From NCBI GenBank assembly GCA_963754655.1, contig CAVWGN010000001.1:320001-384000 (forward strand): a stretch of DNA of 64,000 nucleotides, written 5' to 3'. How positions within the stretch are numbered: the stretch's first letter is position 1; every line of letters begins with the position of its first letter. Positions 29,920 to 41,400 of the stretch are shown in pieces. The notes beneath the pieces were generated by a model. That model had not been told where the DNA came from. It made no database searches and saw only the letters and a program-made list of their open reading frames with translations. The DNA comes from an uncultured Chlamydiae bacterium. GTDB lineage: Bacteria; Chlamydiota; Chlamydiia; Chlamydiales; Parachlamydiaceae. The position numbers were made by a program, and so were the translations under genes.

Positions 29920-30974
29920 AACTCTCCCGAAATTTTTGAAGGCTTTTGGCACACGAAAGTAAACTCAACGTCCTCGGGAGAGGCAATTTCATCTGTATAT
30001 CCTTTTAAGACTTTAATGGCGCTAAATCCCACCTCTTTTAGCAGACGATGAAATTGTTCTTGAGTATACCAGCGCATTTTCAACGTTTCATGTTCAGTAG
30101 AAATGATTGTTCCTTGATCCAAAATATCATAACGATATTCGGAATATTCAAGTTGTTGATGACGATCAAATTTCGCCTTTTCCCAACATTGAATGGTCAT
30201 GCCATCCGATCTTATTCCTTCTCTACGCAAACGCCATTCATCTTGAATAGGTGCACTGACATAAATATCATGGTCTGTAAGAATAAAGAGAGAAATGAGG
30301 AGAGACCCTTCGGGCTTTAAATGAAGATAAAAACGTCTTAATGCTTCTAGCGCTTCTTTTTCATCATGAATCAACATAAAGGAACCAAAAGGAATAAATA
30401 GTGTGCCATACTGTTTTGGAATGTTTAGCTGCTGCATTGCTTGTTGATAGAGATTTAATTTTAAACCATGCTTTTCAGCTTTCATTCGACATCTCTCAAG
30501 CATATGGGGAGATAAATCAACTCCTTCCACTTGTAAACCTTTTTTAGCATAGGGAATCAACAGTCTCCCATCTCCACAACCTAGCTCTAAAGCAGGTTGA
30601 CTCTGGTTTTTTAAGATGTATTTTTCATATAACTTTGCATCTTCATACTCTTGATTTTCTGGAAACCAAACTCCATAAGACTCCGAGCTCACTCTTCCAT
30701 AGCCTTGCATTTTTCTTTCCCTCCTTTCTAATAGTGATAATTCTCTATCTTTATGTAGACAATGCTTTGCAAAAAGATCCACAATCAGCTCTTCTTGTTG
30801 TCTGTAAACCTTGCTTTGTTGCAATTTATCCAACTTTTTATCTTTCGGATGTGGAGTAGAAAAAAAATGCTGGGTAGGAAGGATGAGCTGCTTTTGATTT
30901 TTTCTAAAAGACATTCTTCTGAATCGCTGAAATTCATGCAACGGTTGTGAGAAATGAATTCTGGATATTCTCAT
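29916..30974 (-). CDS. Class I SAM-dependent methyltransferase with an N-terminal extension
   Basis: LELGCGDGR, GVDLSPHML and HLKPEG motifs; start overlaps the NRPS stop. Confidence 0.9.
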   Translation of the reverse strand: MRISRIHFSQPLHEFQRFRRMSFRKNQKQLILPTQHFFSTPHPKDKKLDKLQQSKVYRQQEELIVDLFAKHCLHKDRELSLLERRERKMQGYGRVSSESYGVWFPENQEYEDAKLYEKYILKNQSQPALELGCGDGRLLIPYAKKGLQVEGVDLSPHMLERCRMKAEKHGLKLNLYQQAMQQLNIPKQYGTLFIPFGSFMLIHDEKEALEALRRFYLHLKPEGSLLISLFILTDHDIYVSAPIQDEWRLRREGIRSDGMTIQCWEKAKFDRHQQLEYSEYRYDILDQGTIISTEHETLKMRWYTQEQFHRLLKEVGFSAIKVLKGYTDEIASPEDVEFTFVCQKPSKISGEL

Positions 30975-33900
30975 AAGTGTTGAGCCTCCAAAGAATGATT
31001 TGTTCGACTTTCAAGCTCATGAACAATTTGCTTAATTGCCAATAAGTAATGTTTTTGCCATTCGTGCATCGTTGCTTCTTCAAAAGAGTGCGTATCATAA
31101 CAAATGGAAAGGGTTAATCGATCTTCCATAATGATGGCATTGACCTCAATAAGATGAGGAACTGGATTACGCGGATCGGTTAGATTGGCAAATGTTTCTC
31201 GACAGTTTGACAAGAGACTCTGCGATCCTTGAAGCAAATCGGATCCTACACGGCCGAAATAATTAAATAAAATTTCAGGAGCTAAGGCTTGAAGTTGTGG
31301 GTGTTGATGATGATATTTAGCTACACCAAAATGAAAGTCATTTGGAGCAATCTGCCGTAAATGCTGACGAATGGATAATAATGTCTCCATTAGGCTCGGT
31401 GCTTCTTCTATTGAGAAAGGAAAGAGTGTGGTCAACCAACCCACCGTGCGGCCTACATCAACATGTGGAATGTTTTCTCGCCCATGTCCCTCCAAATCTA
31501 AGAGTAATCGACTCATTTTAAATTGTTGTTTTAAAGAGCTAAATAAAGCAGTGAGGAGAAGATCATTGACATTGGTATCAAACACTTGATGCACCGACAT
31601 CAACTGACGTGTAAATTCCGCATCAAAATGCAACGACACTTCTTTATAATATTGAGACTGATTGCAAGGGCGTTGTTTCTCCGCAATGGAGGGATGATCT
31701 TTTAGCTGCAAGGCTAGCCAATAATCAATGTTTAATTGTTGAGGCTTCAATTCATGAAGAGTCAATGCATAATTAACCCAAGAATCGGTTGTGAGAAGTG
31801 GAGGTGGATTTAAGTGATGCTGGTAGAGCAACTCAATGTCTTCGACAAGATAACGCCAAGAAACTCCATCAATGAGAAGATGATGAACAGCAATAAATAA
31901 ACGCTGTTCCTGATGATTGAGTTGAAAAATCACCGCAGCAAAAAGAGGTCCTGTAAAAAGATTAAAACTTTCTTGTCGTTTTTGTGTGATCTGCAAAATC
32001 TGTTGTTGTTGCTGCTCAAATGTCAATGAACTCAAGTTGATGATGTCAAGTTTAAAAGAAAAAGGTTGAGCAATTCTTTGTTCGATCATTCCATTCTTTT
32101 CTTCAAAGAGGGATCGTAATGCTACATGATCATCCAAACATTTTGAAATGACAATTTCCAAAAGCTCAATATTCACATGCACAGGTAAACGGAAAAGATA
32201 AGCCATGTTGAAATAATGTGGATTGGGCATCTGGTGTTGAAAAAACCATTTTTGTATAGGCGTAAGCGGGCTGATGAATAATTCTTCTTGTTGTGATTTT
32301 TCCTTTATTTCTAACGAAACAGTTGAAACATGTTGACTTAACGCTGCAATCGTGCGGTATTGGAAAATATCTTTAATTGTAAAACAAAGATTGCGTTGTC
32401 TTGCTTTTGATAAGATTCTCATGGCAATAATAGAATCTCCTCCAACAGCAAAAAAATCATCAAAGATGCCTAAAGATTCAACTGATAGTCCTAAGACTTG
32501 ACACCAGGCTTCATGTAAAAATGTTTCTTCCGTTGTTCTCGGTTTGGCAATTTGAGCTTGTTCTTGTTGCAAGGGATGAGGAAGGTTTTGATAATTGATT
32601 TTGCCATTTGAATTAATTGGTAAAGTCTGCACTTCAACAAAATAAGCTGGAATCATAAAGGCAGGAAGCTTGTGGCTGAGCCAATCTCGAATTTCCTTTT
32701 GAGAAATCTCCTTTTTTAAGCTATAGAAAGCGCAAAGGGTCTTTCCTCTTGCTTGAATATCTTTTAAAGCTACAGCAGCAGACTGCACAGCTGGATGTTG
32801 AGAAAGATAGCCTTCAATTTCATTGAGTTCAATTCGATGGCCACGAATCTTCACTTGCCTATCAGTGCGTCCCACATATTCTAAAATCCCTGTTGGCAAT
32901 AGGCGACCTAAATCACCCGATCGATACATTTTTCCAGGATGAAATGGATCCCTCATAAAACGCTCTTGTGTCAAACATGAATCATTCAAATATCCTCTTG
33001 CTAAGCATTCTCCTCCAATATAAATTTCTCCTATGCTCCCAATGGGAACCGGTTTTTGATCTGCATCTAAAAGATGAATCATGACTGTGCGAATAGGATA
33101 TCCAATTGGCATTTGAGAATACTTTTCATCCAGGGTTGAATTCCATTCATAAACAATGCATCCAACAGTTGCTTCTGTCGGACCATATTCATTATACACT
33201 TGAATGGGTTGATCATATAGCTCACTCAGTTCTTGAACCTTTGCCGTATAAAGAGCTTCGCCACCTACAATAAATTTATAAATGTTGGAAAGAGGCTTTC
33301 CATTCTCGATGATCATATTGAGATGGGTCGGCGTTAATTTTAAAATATTGATTTCTTGATCTTGGCAAATGTTTCGTAAGACTTCATCAAATTCGCCTGT
33401 ATAAATACGTAAATAAGAGCCTGTAAACAAAGGACAGAAAAGACTTGTGACGGTTAAATCAAATGTCAAAGGAGAATAAAAAGGAAAGATGGGCCGTTCA
33501 CCTTCTCGATCGCTAAAATAATAGTGGATTGCCCATTCGATATAATTTTTCACAGTGCCATGCTCGACCATAACTCCTTTGGGAACACCTGTTGAACCGG
33601 AAGTAAATAAAACATAGGCCAATGCCGTGGGGGAAATGGGTAAATTTAAATTTGCCTTAGAAGAGGAGATCAAATGGCATAATCCATATTGATCTTTATG
33701 TTTCTTTGCTGTTCTTGGTACAGGCGATTGTTTATCAATGAAGAGAAGGGCATCATATCTAAACTGTGTCAACTCATTTTCAATTGTATGTTCTTTTTGG
33801 CTAATGCAGACATCGACAATCATAGGAAAATCAGCTTGCAAATCTTCTAAAAAGCGACGAGATAAAAAAAGTTCAACAGACCAATCTGTTTTAGTACGAT

Positions 33901-36900
33901 ATTGCTGATTGTGATTTTGATTTTTAAAATCATGCATGTATTTTTCAAGCTGTTCTTTGAGATCGAGATCCATGAGATCCCCCAGAAAAATGACTGCTTG
34001 ATTCTTCACTTTATGAATAGCCTGCTCAATGACGTGTTTAAAATAGTTAAGTCCTGGAAAGCAATGAACCACGCTATTGAGAATCACACAGTCAAATGCC
34101 TCCTCTTCAATGTTTTGAATCTCATGCGCATAGACTTGAGCAAAATGTACATGAGGAAGTTTGTTCTTTGAAGCTTTCTGCCGATTTTTTGCAATGATGC
34201 GGGAAGAAAGATCGGTTCCTAAATAAAAACCTGTTAAAGGCGCGAGTCCAAAAAGAGTAATTCCTGATCCGCATCCAATTTCCAACACACGGCTACTGGT
34301 CGTCAAAAGAGGACGAAGCTTATTGACAATACTTTGCTTATATTCTTCCATCTCAAATTTAGAAAATGGAAGGCCGGTGTCGCTTTTAACCCAGCCGCTG
34401 GAGTGAATGTCATCTTCTCCTTCTTCTGCTACTTGGTCCCAAAGGCTTTCATTCATTAAAGTATGTTGGGATTGCTCTTGCAATCGTGCGGGATGTTCCA
34501 CATCCAGGCAAATATAAGCTTGCAAGCACTCATTCTCCCATTGCATTTTATTTAATGCAGATAAATGAGAGCTTTTTGAGACAACTAAACGAATGTTTCC
34601 CTGTTGAATAATGGATTGAGTTCTTTCTAAAGGAGCTTTAATGTCTAAGGGAACATAGGCTCCTCCTGCTTTCAAAATGCCTAGAATGCTAATAATGGAT
34701 TCAATGGAATTTTCCATATAAATCGCCACAAGTTCTTCTGGCAGTAAGGCCTTTTGATTCTTTAGAAAATGAGCCAGTTGATTGGCTCGCTGATTCAACT
34801 CTTCGTAGGAAACCGCTGTATGGCGATCTTTGATTGCAACTGCATGGGGACAAACTGCGACCTGATTTTCAAAAATGCGATGTAAAGGTTGACTCACTTC
34901 TAAAAGCTTTTTCTTAGAAGGAATCCATTCATGGACTAATTGATAAGCAGCAGGATCAATCGCTACATCTTTAATGCTCAAAGAAGGATTTCTCACAAGC
35001 GATTGGAGAAGACTTAAATAACTGCGAAAAAGAGTTTCAATCATTTGATCGCTATATATTTCTTGATAATACTCAATATAGCAATCCAGTCCATCCTCGC
35101 GTTTGACAAATTCAAACTCTAAATCCCATCGGCAATTATGATGAGGAAGCTCAATCCGAGAAGCAGTAAACTCTTTAAAAGATGCTTTAGATTCTGCATC
35201 GACATCAAACTGATGAAGGGCGACGTTAATATTGAAAAGAGGAGAACGACTTGTATCTCTTGGCAAATTTAGTCGATCAATCAACTGATCAAAGGGGTAA
35301 TCTTGATGTTCTAAAGAGTGTAGCACATCTTGCGCCGTCATCAGGAGAATATCTAAATAACTTTGTGTAGAATCGAGCTGATGGCGCAAAACAATGGTAT
35401 TAACAAAAAATCCAACGATTGATCTCAAATCATAGTGAGAGCGTCCAGCCACAGGTGAACCAACGATCAGATCTTTCTGTCCTGTATAACGGTAAATAAG
35501 AACGTAAATGGAAGCCACTAGACCCATAAATAATGTGGCTTGATGCTTTTGCGTTAATTGATTCAAATCCTTTAACACAGAAGCTGGAATTTTAAAAATA
35601 CGCCTTCCTCCCTTGAAGGTGAAGACAGTAGGCCGCTGATGATCTCCTGGAATTTCACAGATAGGCAAAGACCCTTTCAATTTTTGCATCCAATATTGCG
35701 CACTCTTCTCGATCTTTTCATTTTGCATAAGCTTTTGCTGCCACTGGCTATAATCGACATATTGAATGGCAAGAGGGGGAAGAGAAGTTTTTTTGCCTTC
35801 TTTGATGTGTTGATAAGATTTCAACAGATCATCAAAAAGAATTTTCAGAGAAGTTCCATCGGAAATCATATGATGCATCATGAGCAGGAAAATATGCTCC
35901 TGCTCGGATGTCTCAATCAAAAGAGCTTTAATTAAGGGTCCTTGAGAAAGATTGAAAACGCCTTGCTTGAAATCTTCAATCATTTGATCTTTTTCAGCCC
36001 CTGTCATTTGAAAAAGGGTGAGATCGAAAGTCTCAGGAGGAAGAATTTTCTGGTAAGGTTGTCCTTCTTGATCAATAAAAATTGTTCTAAGACTTTCATG
36101 ACGAATGATCAGGTGATCTAAAGCGCTTTGAAAGGCTTTTTTATCTAAATTGCCTTTCAAAGAGTAGCATTCCCATATATTATAGGCAGTAGGATGATCT
36201 TGCATCTGATGAAGAATCCACAGTCTTCTTTGGCCATAAGATAGGGGAATGAGCGTATTGCGATCGACTTTGGGAATCAAATCACAATCTTGAGTGTCTT
36301 TCCGACATAATAACTGGATTAAGTCGCAAATTCTTGGATGACTGAACAACTCTTGAAAGGAAAGGCGCTTATGAAAATGCTTATGGATTTCATTAATCAA
36401 TTGAACACCGAGAAGCGAATCACCACCTAATTCAAAAAAGTTGTCATTCTCTTGAATGTGGTCAATTCCCATCATTTTCTTAAAGATGCTTATGAGAATC
36501 TGCTGTGGATCTTCACCCATGATTTCTTGAGCAATCGCAGTAGAATGCTGATGAAATTCGCGATTTGCAAAAGCTGCATTTTCAATCCAAAAGCGATGTG
36601 GAGAAAAGACATAGTTAGGCAAAGGGACAACATGAACATTGAATGATTTAAAAAATAGCAGCCAGTCCACTTCTTGTCCTTTGAGATAATCCATGACAAG
36701 TGCTTGAGCAGGATAAAATTCTTTTACAGAGGGGTTGCTGTTGTCTTCTAGAATTCTTTTAAGTTTCTGATAAGCATCTTTCTTCGAATCACACATCAAT
36801 CCTATTCGGTTTGCATAATGATCTCGACGCACAGCAAGTGTGTAACAGATATCACCAATTGAAAGAGTCGTATTTTCCAAAAAAGCCAGATATCTTTTGG

Positions 36901-38398
36901 CTAGTTCCTTTAATCCCTTTTCAGTTTGACTAGAAAGAACAAAAGGCAAAGGTTCTGTCGAGGGCGAATCTTTTTCCTTTAATTCATCCCCTTCTTCAAG
37001 AACGAGGTGGCAATTTGTTCCATTAAAACCAAATGCGCTGACTGCTGCTCGTCTTGGATGAGTAGATGCCTCCCATGGAAGAGGATGATTGACAATATAA
37101 ACAGGGGTGGACGAGAAATCGATGAGTTCATTAGGCTCATTAAAATGCAAATTTGGAACCATTTCCTTATTTTTGATGGATAGCAGCGTTTTAATTAAAC
37201 TTGCTAATCCCGAAGCTCCTCCAGTCAAATGGCCGATATTTGTTTTAATTGAACCGAGACCGCAAAATTGCTTATCTTGCGTAAATGTCTCAAAAGCTTT
37301 TGTTATCGCTTGAATTTCAATGGGATCTCCGATCTTAGTCCCCGTGCCATGTGCTTCAAAATAGTCAATGGTACGTGGGTCGATCTTTGCTTTCTTCCAT
37401 ACATCCTTTAACAATGTTTCCTGAGCTAAGGGATTAGGGGCACCTACGCTTGAAGAGCGTCCATCATTATTGACGCCGCTCGCTAAAATCGTTGCGTAGA
37501 TGTAATCTTGATCGCGCTTTGCCTCTTCAAAACGTTTAAGGACTAGAGCGCCGCCTCCTTCTCCAATGACAATGCCATTTGCTTTGTTATCAAATGCGCG
37601 ACATTTTCCATCGCTAGAGGTGATGCCTAAGACATCAATGTGATCATCGATAAGAGCAAATGGAAATAAGCGAAGGTTGATTGCTCCCACTAAAGCCATT
37701 TGGCATTCTTTTAAAAGCAGGGATTGGCAAGCTTCATGGACTGCAACTAGAGCAGTGGAGCAAGTCGTGCTGACATTGACAGTAGGGCCATGTAAATCAT
37801 AAAAGTAGGAAATGCGAGAGGTGATAAAAGGGGTCACATTTCCAATGACAGCGGATGCGCTGACTTCTGGAATAATTTGGCGATACTCATTCATGACGTC
37901 GCCTAAAAAAACTCCTGTGTTCGTTCCTTGTAGCATGCGACGCGTATATCCTGCATCTTCAAAAGCTTCATGAGCCAATTCTAAAAAGATCCGCTGCTGT
38001 GGATCCATGACTTTAGCTTCGGCAGGCAGGATGCGAAAAAACTCGTGATCAAAAAGATCGATGCGCTCTAAAAATCCTCCTTCAGAATAACGTTTAGAAG
38101 CTTTAAATCGTTTTGAAGGAACAGAAGAGGCAAGCGGATCAATATCCTGGCGTCGACTTTCCGGAAAGGAAGTCACACAATCCACGCCTTTGTGAAGATT
38201 GTCCCAAAATTTCTCTTTTGTGGATGCCATAGGCATGCGGCACGAAATCCCAATAATGGCAATTTTCTGGGAAGAATCGACTTCCATTGGCTGGTGCTGA
38301 TGCAAGCGCTGATATTCTTCAATCAAAGCATGAGCCGTTTTTTGGTCAAACTGCTTGTCTTTATAAAGTTTCAATAGGTGTTTAATATACAGGTCCAT
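30971..38398 (-). CDS. Hybrid trans-AT PKS/NRPS: KS-ACP-C-A(MT-interrupted, Asn)-PCP-E
   Basis: KS (TTCSTAL, HGTGT, NIGH), no AT, ACP GGDSL, C HHMISDG, A with pocket code DLTKIGEVGK, MT VLEIGCGSG, PCP GGDSI, E domain (HHLLIDGVSW, EGHGRE, RTVGWLT). Confidence 0.93.
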   Translation of the reverse strand: MDLYIKHLLKLYKDKQFDQKTAHALIEEYQRLHQHQPMEVDSSQKIAIIGISCRMPMASTKEKFWDNLHKGVDCVTSFPESRRQDIDPLASSVPSKRFKASKRYSEGGFLERIDLFDHEFFRILPAEAKVMDPQQRIFLELAHEAFEDAGYTRRMLQGTNTGVFLGDVMNEYRQIIPEVSASAVIGNVTPFITSRISYFYDLHGPTVNVSTTCSTALVAVHEACQSLLLKECQMALVGAINLRLFPFALIDDHIDVLGITSSDGKCRAFDNKANGIVIGEGGGALVLKRFEEAKRDQDYIYATILASGVNNDGRSSSVGAPNPLAQETLLKDVWKKAKIDPRTIDYFEAHGTGTKIGDPIEIQAITKAFETFTQDKQFCGLGSIKTNIGHLTGGASGLASLIKTLLSIKNKEMVPNLHFNEPNELIDFSSTPVYIVNHPLPWEASTHPRRAAVSAFGFNGTNCHLVLEEGDELKEKDSPSTEPLPFVLSSQTEKGLKELAKRYLAFLENTTLSIGDICYTLAVRRDHYANRIGLMCDSKKDAYQKLKRILEDNSNPSVKEFYPAQALVMDYLKGQEVDWLLFFKSFNVHVVPLPNYVFSPHRFWIENAAFANREFHQHSTAIAQEIMGEDPQQILISIFKKMMGIDHIQENDNFFELGGDSLLGVQLINEIHKHFHKRLSFQELFSHPRICDLIQLLCRKDTQDCDLIPKVDRNTLIPLSYGQRRLWILHQMQDHPTAYNIWECYSLKGNLDKKAFQSALDHLIIRHESLRTIFIDQEGQPYQKILPPETFDLTLFQMTGAEKDQMIEDFKQGVFNLSQGPLIKALLIETSEQEHIFLLMMHHMISDGTSLKILFDDLLKSYQHIKEGKKTSLPPLAIQYVDYSQWQQKLMQNEKIEKSAQYWMQKLKGSLPICEIPGDHQRPTVFTFKGGRRIFKIPASVLKDLNQLTQKHQATLFMGLVASIYVLIYRYTGQKDLIVGSPVAGRSHYDLRSIVGFFVNTIVLRHQLDSTQSYLDILLMTAQDVLHSLEHQDYPFDQLIDRLNLPRDTSRSPLFNINVALHQFDVDAESKASFKEFTASRIELPHHNCRWDLEFEFVKREDGLDCYIEYYQEIYSDQMIETLFRSYLSLLQSLVRNPSLSIKDVAIDPAAYQLVHEWIPSKKKLLEVSQPLHRIFENQVAVCPHAVAIKDRHTAVSYEELNQRANQLAHFLKNQKALLPEELVAIYMENSIESIISILGILKAGGAYVPLDIKAPLERTQSIIQQGNIRLVVSKSSHLSALNKMQWENECLQAYICLDVEHPARLQEQSQHTLMNESLWDQVAEEGEDDIHSSGWVKSDTGLPFSKFEMEEYKQSIVNKLRPLLTTSSRVLEIGCGSGITLFGLAPLTGFYLGTDLSSRIIAKNRQKASKNKLPHVHFAQVYAHEIQNIEEEAFDCVILNSVVHCFPGLNYFKHVIEQAIHKVKNQAVIFLGDLMDLDLKEQLEKYMHDFKNQNHNQQYRTKTDWSVELFLSRRFLEDLQADFPMIVDVCISQKEHTIENELTQFRYDALLFIDKQSPVPRTAKKHKDQYGLCHLISSSKANLNLPISPTALAYVLFTSGSTGVPKGVMVEHGTVKNYIEWAIHYYFSDREGERPIFPFYSPLTFDLTVTSLFCPLFTGSYLRIYTGEFDEVLRNICQDQEINILKLTPTHLNMIIENGKPLSNIYKFIVGGEALYTAKVQELSELYDQPIQVYNEYGPTEATVGCIVYEWNSTLDEKYSQMPIGYPIRTVMIHLLDADQKPVPIGSIGEIYIGGECLARGYLNDSCLTQERFMRDPFHPGKMYRSGDLGRLLPTGILEYVGRTDRQVKIRGHRIELNEIEGYLSQHPAVQSAAVALKDIQARGKTLCAFYSLKKEISQKEIRDWLSHKLPAFMIPAYFVEVQTLPINSNGKINYQNLPHPLQQEQAQIAKPRTTEETFLHEAWCQVLGLSVESLGIFDDFFAVGGDSIIAMRILSKARQRNLCFTIKDIFQYRTIAALSQHVSTVSLEIKEKSQQEELFISPLTPIQKWFFQHQMPNPHYFNMAYLFRLPVHVNIELLEIVISKCLDDHVALRSLFEEKNGMIEQRIAQPFSFKLDIINLSSLTFEQQQQQILQITQKRQESFNLFTGPLFAAVIFQLNHQEQRLFIAVHHLLIDGVSWRYLVEDIELLYQHHLNPPPLLTTDSWVNYALTLHELKPQQLNIDYWLALQLKDHPSIAEKQRPCNQSQYYKEVSLHFDAEFTRQLMSVHQVFDTNVNDLLLTALFSSLKQQFKMSRLLLDLEGHGRENIPHVDVGRTVGWLTTLFPFSIEEAPSLMETLLSIRQHLRQIAPNDFHFGVAKYHHQHPQLQALAPEILFNYFGRVGSDLLQGSQSLLSNCRETFANLTDPRNPVPHLIEVNAIIMEDRLTLSICYDTHSFEEATMHEWQKHYLLAIKQIVHELESRTNHSLEAQHL

Positions 38399-38405
38399 AA
38401 ATGAC

Positions 38406-41400
38406 TTACCTTAAGAGCTGAGCTGCTTTGTCAAGATCGATGAGGCCACTGTCAATATCAATCAAAAGTTGCGAAATTGTATCTTTCTGATTCTCTCCAT
38501 ACAACTTCTTTTTGCAGTGATGACAAAATAAGTCCAGAGTTGAATGAGAATAAAGATCTGACACTTCCAATGGAATTTGCAGTTGTGTTTTAGCAAGATG
38601 AGTCAATTTCACCGCACTAATGGAGTCTCCGCCACTATCAAAGAAGTTATCTGAATCTGCAATGTGAGAATGTCCTAAGACATCCTTCCAAATTTGGATG
38701 AGGATGGCTTTGATCTCTTGAGGTGAAAGATCTGATTGTAAGGAATGAGAATGGATGATCTTTGGTTGAGAGTCAATTGAGTGACCCTTAAACTTCCTTA
38801 ATAACTCTTCCGAAAATCGAATTTTTATGAATGGCAAGACGAGATTCATCACATGGGAATCAAAATCTGCCACCACGGCAAAAGGAAGGGCGTAAGATAA
38901 AAAGAGATCCAAACACTCAATAAATTCTTCCTTGGTGATGGGAGGAATCATACTCATTCGATCTGAAAGAAGACTTCCATCATCAGCATCAATTAAAGTA
39001 TAATTCATTGTAATTGTCTTTCTTCCTTGTTTATTGCGAAAATCTCCATAGCTATCTAAAAAAAGATTTTGGGCGCAACAATCTGCTCCTGTTGGACCCC
39101 CCATCAAAGAAGAAATTGAAGAAAATGTTGCCATAAAATCGAGTGGATGATGAAGCGTCAATTGATCAAGTAGCCAAATGACTCTTAGCTTTGAAAGAAC
39201 ATTGTGTCTAAATATATCAAAGGAAACTTTTTCAATGACTGTATGGTTGACATTTTTGATCGCAACAAAAATGCCATGAATAGATCCCCACTGATTTTCA
39301 ATCTGTTGAATAAATCCGCTACATTCTTGCTGATCAGTAATATCCCCTGACAGGTAGAGGACTTCTGATCCAAGTTCCTGGAGGTGTTTGATGATTCGCA
39401 AAGGTTTGTCTGTTAGATGACTTTCTGGCTTTCTTCCGATTAGAGCTATTTTAACCTTGGCTTTTTTAGCTAATAATAGGGCTGTCTCCAAACCTAGATA
39501 GCCTCCTCCTCCTGCAATCAAATAGACACCTCCTTCTCTAATCATAAATGAAGGTGAGGGCAAATGGGAAATATCTAACGAATGAAGAATTTGAACATAC
39601 CGTTTTCCGTTGCGGTATCCAATAAAAGGATCTGAATAAGTGAGAGACTCAAAGATGTCTTGATAAAGATTTTGAGCCATTTGCTCGCTATAATTGTGGA
39701 TGTCAATATCGATGGCTAAGCTCTGAACTTGAGGAAATTCTTGGGAAATCACCTTGTTGATGCCAAGAGCCGCCATTCTGGTAGGATCTATAAATGGCTC
39801 TTGTCCATCAATGCTTTGGGCATAAGCGGTGATATTGATAAATTTTAATTCTTTTGATGTGAGTTGCTTTTGGCAAGCACGAATGAGATGAAAACAGCTA
39901 AAAGCACTTCTGTCTTGTGAATGGCTGATAGCCTCATAGCTTTCCATACTGCAAGAAGAGGGAAGGCAATCCCATAGATGAATCATCCCGGCTAACTTGT
40001 CTAATGAGAGCTGATGGAGAAGTTGGGAATAGTCTGAAGGAATATGAGGCCGAATAGTGAAGCTGCTCTGATTGACTTGTTCAAAGTGATCTCCTGCAAA
40101 AACTTGAATGACATTCATTCCTTTGGCTTTGCAAAAATCCGAAAATTTCTGATGTTCTGGAATAGCCTGCATCAAAAATAAAACAGAAAGCTGAGGATCG
40201 ATTAGTTCTACATTTCCCTCTTTATTTTTGCTTTCTTCTTTCCAATCAAGAGAGAAAAATAAATCTTGCAAACGGCTCTGCTTTTCTTGAGGGATTTCTA
40301 CCTCAAGTTTAGGCCAATGACGTTTGGCATTAAAAGCATAAACAGGAATTGCAACTTTTTGTTTGTTTTTTTCACCAAAGATTGTTGTCCAATTGACAGA
40401 TTGTCCATTGAAATAGGAGCTTATTTCATGAATCAGACTCTTTTTTAATAGCTGTTGCAATTCAGAAGGAGCGTGCCAAAGAGGGGCTGAGTCAGTGATC
40501 GTATGATAAAAGAGGCGATGCAGCGGATCATTTTGAAAGCGATCTTTCTCTTTGTGATTTAAGTAAGCGGTTATTTGCTGAACGAATTCCTGACATGTCT
40601 TACCCATCATGACAAGGCGATGAGAATAATGATTTCTACCAACAGCTGATGTATAAGCAATATGGGCTAACAGGTCATCGCTAACTGTTTGTAAATAGTG
40701 TGCGTATCTTTTTAAGAGCAAATGAAGAGCAGTAGGATCTTTTGCTGAAATAAACAAAAGATAAGGATCTTCAGAATAAATGTTAGGAATTTGCATGGGG
40801 TATTCTTCTAAAACTAAATGGCAATTGGTTCCGCTAATGCCAAAGGAACTAACACCTGCTAATAGGGGAGAAGCAGTGTGAAAGGATAATAATTGATGAT
40901 TTGGAAAGACTGGGGATTGATCAAAGTCGATAAAGGGATTAGGTTTATTAAAATGAATATTGGGAGGCAGTTGTCGATGCTTCAAACAAAGAATGGCTTT
41001 AATCAGTCCTGCAATTCCCGATGCAGCCTCAAGATGTCCAATATTTGTCTTCACAGCACCTAAAGGGCAAAAATTTGTCTTTTCTGTATATTTTCTAAAT
41101 GCGTAAGTTAAACCCGTGACTTCAATGGGATCGCCTAATTTTGTTCCTGTGCCATGCGTTTCAATAAAGCTTAGCTGTTCAGGATTAATTCTCGCTTTCT
41201 CCCATGCTTGGCAAATCACATCAGTTTGAGCTTCCGGATTTGGGGTTGTAATGCCATTGGAAGTCCCATCACTATTCACTGCGCTTCCTTTAATCATGGC
41301 ATGAATATAGTCTCCATCTCGTTCCGCCAAATCTCTTCTTTTAATGACAAGCGCGGCCACTCCATCTCCAATGTTCGTTCCATTCGCTTTTTCATCAAAC

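Noticed and set aside
30971..36300. Colibactin/xenocoumacin-type N-acyl-D-Asn prodrug motif
   Set aside because: The Asn-E module is last and follows a KS-ACP rather than initiating the chain, and the hydrolase is an Ntn acylase rather than a ClbP-type peptidase.
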